Shown one piece after another: positions 57,731 to 64,000 of a DNA stretch of 64,000 nucleotides. The stretch is taken from the NCBI GenBank assembly GCA_965197585.1, contig OZ240215.1:2208001-2272000 (forward strand). Reading direction: 5' to 3'. Each line of letters opens with the position of its first letter. Position 1 is the first letter of the stretch. The position numbers and the translations under genes were made by a program. Source of the stretch: Dehalococcoidia bacterium. GTDB taxonomy: Bacteria > Chloroflexota > Dehalococcoidia > Plut-88900. Below the pieces are notes generated by a model that was not told the DNA's origin, searched no databases, and worked only from the letters and a program-made list of their open reading frames with translations.

Positions 57731-59278
57731 CTACCCCACCAGCCCCGAGGCCACCTTCATCCCAATCAGCATGCTCGTCAGATTCGTGTTGGCCAAGGGT
57801 ATTAACGGGATTATCGAGGCATCTGCAACGTACAGGTTTTCGATCCTATGCACCTTCCCCGCAGCATCCACAACCGCCCCTGGGTCCGAGGCAGGCCCCA
57901 TCTTGCACGTCCCCGACGCATGGCTATAGTTCACTATTGACTCCCGAAGCTGGCCTAATATCTCCTCGTCGGTCTGCTTACTTCCCCAGGGTTCAAGCTC
58001 GCTCTCAATAAGCGAGGACATCGGCGCCGCCTGTGCCACTCTGCGCAAAAGCCTGAGTGCGTATATCAGGGCAGCCGTGTCCCGGCCCCCTTCGTCGGTC
58101 AGGTAGTTGGTTGCGATTCTTGGGGCGGCGTTCGGGTCCCGGCTCGTAATCCACACCCGGCCCCGGGACCGGGCCGCCATGTGACAGACGAACCCTTGCA
58201 GGGTGCGTGACTCCAAGGTTCTAGGCACCTGGGAAGGCAGCAAATGCAGATCGAAGGGCAGGTCTTCCTGGCACACGGGGCTCCGAGCCCGTAGGATCAC
58301 CTGACCCCGGTACACGCTATCCTCTCCCAAGTCCCGGACCACCCGCTCCCAACCCTCGTCTGTCGGTTTGTAGCTGATATAGAAGGACGGGTGATCGTGC
58401 AGGTTGCGCCCGACACCCTCTATCACCACCGACTCCGGGATTCCAACCTCCTTCAACACCTCCCGCGGCCCCACCCCCGACCTCATCAAAATCGGCGGTG
58501 TACCATGGGTCCCCGTTGAGAGCAATATCGTGTCTGCCCGAAGCTCCACATCCTCCCCCCGAGACTTCACGATCAACGCCTCGGCCCTCGCCCCTTCAAT
58601 AACCACCCTGTCAACCATCGTGTGGTCCCAGATGGTCAGATTGGGGTTGTCTCTAACCGGGTCGAGAAACGCAAACGCCGCGTTCCAACGCTCCGTGTCC
58701 TTGACGTTCCCATGGTAAGAGGCCACGCCCTCGCCCGGTTCCGGCCCGCCCATGTCCACCACCCTGCCGAAACCCTCGTTTAGGCTTGCCGCTATAAACG
58801 CCCGCTGGTACAGCGAAAGCTCCTCTTCCTGCATCCTCTTCGTATACAACGGCCCCTGCGTGCCCCTGTAAGGCGTCACCGAGTCCCCTGCCGTCCCCTC
58901 AATCTGCTGTATCAGTGGGAAAAGGTCTTCATATCTCCAGCCGGGATTGCCGGCCTCGGCCCAGGCATCGTAGTCCCGGGGCACGCCCCAGATCGCCGCG
59001 CAATCGTTGTGGGAAGAGCACCCGCCAATAACCTTCGCCCGAAGCTCTATGAAGCTGGACCCATCGAGTCGGTCCGCGTAATAGCCCCAGTCGTGGCTGT
59101 CTGGATCGAACCGGGGGTCGAGAAGGTCTTTAGGCCAGCGTCCCTCGGCCTTTGGCCCATAGTCGGGCCCCGCCTCTAGCAGCGCCACCGAAAGCCCGGC
59201 CTTGCAGAGAACGTTGGCCGCCGCGCATCCCGCCGACCCCCCACCCGCAACTATCACATCGTAACGCAGCTTTTTCAT
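57731..59278 (-). CDS. GMC family oxidoreductase
   Basis: GGGSAG, GGCSSHN, LMRSGVG, NLHDH, HASGTC, DAS..P..NTN. Confidence 0.93.
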   Translation of the reverse strand: MKKLRYDVIVAGGGSAGCAAANVLCKAGLSVALLEAGPDYGPKAEGRWPKDLLDPRFDPDSHDWGYYADRLDGSSFIELRAKVIGGCSSHNDCAAIWGVPRDYDAWAEAGNPGWRYEDLFPLIQQIEGTAGDSVTPYRGTQGPLYTKRMQEEELSLYQRAFIAASLNEGFGRVVDMGGPEPGEGVASYHGNVKDTERWNAAFAFLDPVRDNPNLTIWDHTMVDRVVIEGARAEALIVKSRGEDVELRADTILLSTGTHGTPPILMRSGVGPREVLKEVGIPESVVIEGVGRNLHDHPSFYISYKPTDEGWERVVRDLGEDSVYRGQVILRARSPVCQEDLPFDLHLLPSQVPRTLESRTLQGFVCHMAARSRGRVWITSRDPNAAPRIATNYLTDEGGRDTAALIYALRLLRRVAQAAPMSSLIESELEPWGSKQTDEEILGQLRESIVNYSHASGTCKMGPASDPGAVVDAAGKVHRIENLYVADASIIPLIPLANTNLTSMLIGMKVASGLVG

Positions 59279-59305
59279 CGTTGTATTCCGGGTGGACGGG
59301 CCGGA

Positions 59306-60193
59306 CTAAAACCCCAGCCGTTCGATATGCTCTATCAGCTGCTTCACGGTCGCCTCCCCGGCTCGTGGCCCAGGCTGCCGTACCGCCGGATTCCCTATCA
59401 GCCCTCGGTAATGGAGCGCGCTCTTCCGTATGCTCAGGTCTATTCCCTCCTGCACTTCGAACAGGACCAGCGGCAGCCACTCATAGAAGAGCTTTTCAGC
59501 TTCCCCCGTCTCACCCTCCGCCATGTGCCGGCATATCCGCACCAGTGTCTCCGGGAACGCGAAACCTGTCATCGCCCCCGACGCCCCCTGCGCCAGCTCG
59601 TCGACCAGGAACAGCCCCCCCAACCCCCCGAACAGTGCCAATCTGTCGCCGGCTAGTGCCTTTATCGCTCGAATCTTCGGCGGCGTCGGTGGCGCCTCGA
59701 TCTTGCAGTACTGCACCGACGGAATGTTGTCGGCCAGCCTCATGAAGAACTCCGGCGGCATGTGTACCCCCGTGGTCTTCGGGTAGTCCTGCACCACTAA
59801 GTCGATATCGACTGCCTCCGCCAACCGGTGGTAATGAGCGTATACGGCTTCCAGGTTGGTCTTGGGCATCGGCGGAGGCGCGACCATAACAGCGGCTGCG
59901 CCCATCTCCTTGGCTTCCCGTGTCCGCGCTATCGCAACCATCGTGCTCGGCCCGGACGTTCCCAGCGTCACCGGCATCCCGTTCGCCGCCGAGATCACGG
60001 CCTCTGCCACCCCCCTCCCCTCAGCGTCGGTCAAGCGGTGTGCTTCTCCCATTACACCCAGCGCCACCACACCCTCACACCCCGACTCCCGCGCCTTTCC
60101 GACAAGGTTCGGGATGCTCGCCTCGTCCACCGTTTCGTCTTTGTTGAACGGCGTAGCCAGCATCCAGTGTACACCCTTGAGTTTAGCTGCCAT
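59306..60193 (-). CDS. dihydrodipicolinate synthase family aldolase
   Basis: TPF, GVMGE, QDYP, CKIE, GAMTG. Confidence 0.9.
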   Translation of the reverse strand: MAAKLKGVHWMLATPFNKDETVDEASIPNLVGKARESGCEGVVALGVMGEAHRLTDAEGRGVAEAVISAANGMPVTLGTSGPSTMVAIARTREAKEMGAAAVMVAPPPMPKTNLEAVYAHYHRLAEAVDIDLVVQDYPKTTGVHMPPEFFMRLADNIPSVQYCKIEAPPTPPKIRAIKALAGDRLALFGGLGGLFLVDELAQGASGAMTGFAFPETLVRICRHMAEGETGEAEKLFYEWLPLVLFEVQEGIDLSIRKSALHYRGLIGNPAVRQPGPRAGEATVKQLIEHIERLGF

Positions 60194-60485
60194 CCGAGAC
60201 CTCCCTGTCAAATACGCGCATCCGCTGACCCATGCCGTTGGAGATGCTGAAAGTACGCCTACGGCGTGCGCCGCATTATGTTTGACCCCCTTCACGGGTG
60301 TCAACAGTGCCCCCTTGCATCCCCCACCTCCCCACCCTATCCTTTCCAATGTAGAAAAAGCACTGAAGGTCCATTAAGTGGCGCGCAAAGTTTCTCGAAA
60401 CAATCAATAATCGTGCCTGAGTTAGCGATTCAATCAAAGGTCCTGATGCCCTGATTATAGTCAACCCCCCGGAGGCCCTAACCTA

Positions 60486-63401
60486 GTGACCCTAGCCGCC
60501 AGCGCCGATACCGCCCTCGCCCGAGACCTCGCCGCCGAACTCGAAAGACGCGTCTCCGGAGAAGTCCGCCTCGACGATTTCTCCCGCACCCTCTACAGCA
60601 CCGACGCCAGCATCTACCAGATGAAGCCCGTCGGCGTCGTAACGCCCCGTGATGCCGACGACGTCGTAGCCGTCGTCGAGCTCGCCAACCGGGAGGGTAT
60701 CCCCGTCCTGCCCAGGGGCGCCGGCACCAGCCTCTCCGGCCAGACCGTCAACCACGCCATCGTCCTGGACTTCAGCAGGTACCTCAACCGGCTTCTGGAG
60801 GTGAACCCGGAGGAGGGTTGGGCCCGAGTGGAGCCGGGCATCGTAGTTGCTGCCCTCAACCGCCAGGTCGCCGGCCATCGTCTCCATTACGCCCCTGACC
60901 CCTCGACAGTAAACCGCGCCACCGTCGGCGGTGGCATAGGCAACAACTCCTGCGGCACGCACTCCGTCCTCTTTGGCAAGACCCTAGATCAGGTCCTGGA
61001 GCTCGACACCATACTCTCCGACAGTACAAGAGCCCGGCTAGGCCCCATATCACCAAGTAGCTTGGAGTACAGGCTTTCGGGGCCCGGCCTCCTCGGTAAC
61101 GCCTATCGTGAGACCGCCCGCCTCGCCGAGGCCAACCGCTCAGAGATAGAAGCCCGCTACCCAAAGATTATGCGCCGTGTCAGCGGCTACAACCTCGACG
61201 AATTCCTGGACCCGGACCCCTTCAACCTTGCCCGCATCGTCGTCGGCTCCGAAGGCACCCTCTGCACCATCACCGAGGCCAAGGTCAAGCTCGAACCCTT
61301 GCCCAACGCCACCGGCGTCGCCGCCCTCCACTTCGAGGACATCTTCCAAGCCTGCGACTCCACGCCCGCAATCATCGAACACGGACCTTCCGCCGTGGAG
61401 TTCATAGACGATATGATCATCCGGCAGACTCGTGCATCCCTCGGACTCAAGCGCTACATAGACTTCCTGCAGGGCGACCCCGGCGGCCTCGTTCTCGTCG
61501 AGTTCTTCGGCGATTCGGAGGCGGAGGTCAAGTCCAAGCTGGAGAGCTTCAAGGCCGACATGGAGCGCAAGAGGCTAGGCTACGCCTGCGTCAACCTCCT
61601 CGCAAAGGAGGACCAGGCAAAGGCTTGGGCCGTCCGCAAGGCGGGGCTCGGGCTGCTCATGGGCGTCCGCGGCGACGCCAAGCCCATCCCTTTCGTTGAG
61701 GATACAGCCGTGGATCCCAACCGGCTCGGAGAGTTTGGCCGCCGCTTCGACCAGATCGTCCAAGCCCACCATACCACTGCCTCCTACTACGGCCACGCCA
61801 GCGTCGGCTGCCTCCACATCCGACCCCTGGTCAACCTCAAAAATGGCCCCGGCATCCGGCAGATGGAGTCCATCGCCGAGGCTATAACCGACCTCGTCCT
61901 CGAGTTTGGCGGCTCCCTCAGCGGCGAACACGGCGACGGCATAGTCCGCGGCGTCTGGACCGAGAAGATGTTTGGCCGGAAGCTCTACGATTCCTTCGTC
62001 GAGCTCAAGGACGCCTTCGACCCCAAGCGCATAATGAACCCCGGCAAGATCATCGAGTGCCCCCCCATGTCGGAAAACCTGCGCTACGGCACGGACTATC
62101 GGGCCCAGAGCCTCAACACCCGCATGGACTTCTCGTCCTTCGAAGGCTACGCCGGGGCCGTCGAGATGTGCAACGGCATGGGTGAGTGCCGAAAGTCGGA
62201 CGGTGTCATGTGCCCTTCTTTCCAGGCTACCCGTGAAGAAGAGCACTCCACCCGTGGACGCGCCAACCTCTTGCGGGCGTCCCTCTCCGGGGCCCTGCCC
62301 CACGACACCATGATCAGCAAGCGCCTCCACGACGCCCTAGACCTCTGCCTCGAGTGCAAGGGCTGCAAGGCCGAATGTCCCTCCAACGTGGATATGGCCA
62401 AGCTCAAGTATGAGTTCCTGGAACGGTACAACGCCGCCAACGGCACGCCCCTCCGGGCCCGGATCTTTTCCGAGATAAGCCTGATAAACCGGCTGGGTTC
62501 CGCTCTCGCTCCCTTCTCCAACTGGCTCGCCAACTTCCCCGGGGTCCGAAGCCTCAATCACCGATTCCTCGGCATCCACAAGAACCGCTCACTGCCCCCC
62601 TTTGCCAGCCCCGGCCTAGGGCAATGGTTCAAAAACCACCAACCCCTCAGCTCCGGGTCCCGAGGCGAGGTCATCCTCTTCAACGACACCTTTATGACTT
62701 ACAACTACCCATCCGTCGGTATAGCTGCCGTCGAGTTGCTGGAGCTGGCAGGCTATCGAGTGCGTCTCGCCAACGTGCGATGCTGTGGCCGCCCCATGAT
62801 CTCCAAAGGTATGCTAAAGCGCGCCCGAGGCAACGCCCGCTACAACGTCGACCGTCTGTTTGAAGCCGCCTCCAAGGGTACCCCCATAATCGGCTGCGAG
62901 CCCAGCTGCCTCCTCGCCTTCCGTGATGAGTACCCCGACCTCCTCCAGGACGAAAAATCCAAAGTCGTGGCCGAAAACAGCTTCATGATCGACGAGTTCC
63001 TGGCCAAGCTATCGGAAGAGGGAGCCTTGGATTTGGCCTTCTCTGGACAACCGCGTAAAGTCCTATTCCACGGACACTGTCATCAGAAGGCCCTCGTCGG
63101 CGTAGAAGCAGCCAAGACCGCCCTCTCTCTCGCCCCCGGTCACCAGGTGGAAGTGATCGACTCCGGGTGCTGCGGCATGGCCGGAGCCTTCGGCTACGAA
63201 AAGGAGCACTACGACCTATCGATGCAGATAGGCGGCATGAAGCTCTTCCCAGCCATCGAGGCCAAGGGTCAGGAGTGGGACGTGGCGGTCATGGGTGTTT
63301 CCTGCCGTCAGCAGGTCGAGCACGGCACAGGCCGCCGCGCCCGTCACCTCGTAGAAGTCCTCCGCGACTCCGTCCTCACCGAGGGCATCCCCCTAGCCTG
63401 A
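60486..63401 (+). CDS. FAD-linked oxidase with Fe-S/CCG domains (YdiJ-like 2-hydroxyacid dehydrogenase)
   Basis: YSTDAS, PRGAGTS, SGEHGDG, CLECKGCKAECP, CCGMAG. Confidence 0.92.
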   Translation: MTLAASADTALARDLAAELERRVSGEVRLDDFSRTLYSTDASIYQMKPVGVVTPRDADDVVAVVELANREGIPVLPRGAGTSLSGQTVNHAIVLDFSRYLNRLLEVNPEEGWARVEPGIVVAALNRQVAGHRLHYAPDPSTVNRATVGGGIGNNSCGTHSVLFGKTLDQVLELDTILSDSTRARLGPISPSSLEYRLSGPGLLGNAYRETARLAEANRSEIEARYPKIMRRVSGYNLDEFLDPDPFNLARIVVGSEGTLCTITEAKVKLEPLPNATGVAALHFEDIFQACDSTPAIIEHGPSAVEFIDDMIIRQTRASLGLKRYIDFLQGDPGGLVLVEFFGDSEAEVKSKLESFKADMERKRLGYACVNLLAKEDQAKAWAVRKAGLGLLMGVRGDAKPIPFVEDTAVDPNRLGEFGRRFDQIVQAHHTTASYYGHASVGCLHIRPLVNLKNGPGIRQMESIAEAITDLVLEFGGSLSGEHGDGIVRGVWTEKMFGRKLYDSFVELKDAFDPKRIMNPGKIIECPPMSENLRYGTDYRAQSLNTRMDFSSFEGYAGAVEMCNGMGECRKSDGVMCPSFQATREEEHSTRGRANLLRASLSGALPHDTMISKRLHDALDLCLECKGCKAECPSNVDMAKLKYEFLERYNAANGTPLRARIFSEISLINRLGSALAPFSNWLANFPGVRSLNHRFLGIHKNRSLPPFASPGLGQWFKNHQPLSSGSRGEVILFNDTFMTYNYPSVGIAAVELLELAGYRVRLANVRCCGRPMISKGMLKRARGNARYNVDRLFEAASKGTPIIGCEPSCLLAFRDEYPDLLQDEKSKVVAENSFMIDEFLAKLSEEGALDLAFSGQPRKVLFHGHCHQKALVGVEAAKTALSLAPGHQVEVIDSGCCGMAGAFGYEKEHYDLSMQIGGMKLFPAIEAKGQEWDVAVMGVSCRQQVEHGTGRRARHLVEVLRDSVLTEGIPLA

Positions 63402-63510
63402 CCTCGATACGCTTATCATCATTCCTGCGGAGGCAGGCCAAAGGTGCTGAAAGTGCGCCTATGGAGTGCGCCGTGGCGTGAATCCAGAGGCGGGGTTCGG
63501 GGGCGGGGCC

Positions 63511-64000
63511 CTAGACCAGCGGCACTACCTCTTCCGCAAACCGCTCTATCTGCTCCCGCGCGTACTCCGCAGACGCCGACCCCCGATAGCTGAAGTCCAG
63601 CAGTAAGTGGTCCACACCCGCGTCCAGAAAGCCCCTTACCCTTTCCGCACACGTCTCCGGGGAGCCGACTATCGTCATATCTTCCGGCTTCACCCCCGTC
63701 GCAGTCAGCCGAATGCACTCCCGCAACCGAGGCACAACCTCGCTCTCAACTTTGCTCTCGTCGTCCACTATGGCCACGAAATTCATCAGGCTGATCTTGA
63801 GGGAAGACCCCGTCCGCTGGTTCTCCTCCTCGATTGTCGGCATCCACTGCTCCCTTATCTCCTCGACTGGCATTGGTGCAGGGAGAATGTGGGTGGCATA
63901 CCGAGCCGCTCTCGGTATCGACGGAATACCCCCGCCGTACCATATCGGCGGGTAGGGCTTCTGCATGGGTTTAGGGTCGAGGGTTACATCCGAAAGCTGG
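63511..64000 (-). CDS. LLM class oxidoreductase (5' end outside window)
   Basis: PKPMQKPYPPIWYGG, GSPETCAE, FAEEVVP. Confidence 0.85.
   Translation of the reverse strand, partial: QLSDVTLDPKPMQKPYPPIWYGGGIPSIPRAARYATHILPAPMPVEEIREQWMPTIEEENQRTGSSLKISLMNFVAIVDDESKVESEVVPRLRECIRLTATGVKPEDMTIVGSPETCAERVRGFLDAGVDHLLLDFSYRGSASAEYAREQIERFAEEVVPLV

Overview
GC-rich bacterial chromosome segment. The gene content (ten luciferase-like monooxygenase paralogs, three CaiB/BaiF CoA-transferases, PT-linker lipoproteins, composite palindromic intergenic repeats) suggests Chloroflexota/Dehalococcoidia of the SAR202 type; this is an inference. 148-929 holds moaD-moaE-tRNA-Ser(GCT). 930-16824 is a decaying genomic island integrated at the tRNA 3' end. 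It carries a nonsense-mutated P4-type integrase, AlpA, many pseudogenes and a few intact cargo genes (diiron oxygenase, two atypical cyclase-family proteins plus an Fe-S protein, a DUF4377 lipoprotein). It also carries a dead IS110 whose bridge-RNA guides and circle-junction promoter are still readable. The rest is mostly core and catabolic genes (miaB, Fur, CIRCE-controlled FmdB, dtd, apt, aminotransferases, LLM array, GMC and FAD/Fe-S oxidoreductases, TA modules) and an intact DDE insertion sequence. The most unexplained signal is a roughly 450-700 nt, highly base-paired non-coding region at about 31870-32620. It has a long-range closing stem, an internally duplicated 78-nt domain, G-U pairs that define the + strand, and its own sigma70 promoter with a LexA-like box. 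It is a candidate large structured ncRNA that I cannot assign to a known family. All family calls come from motif reading, not database searches.
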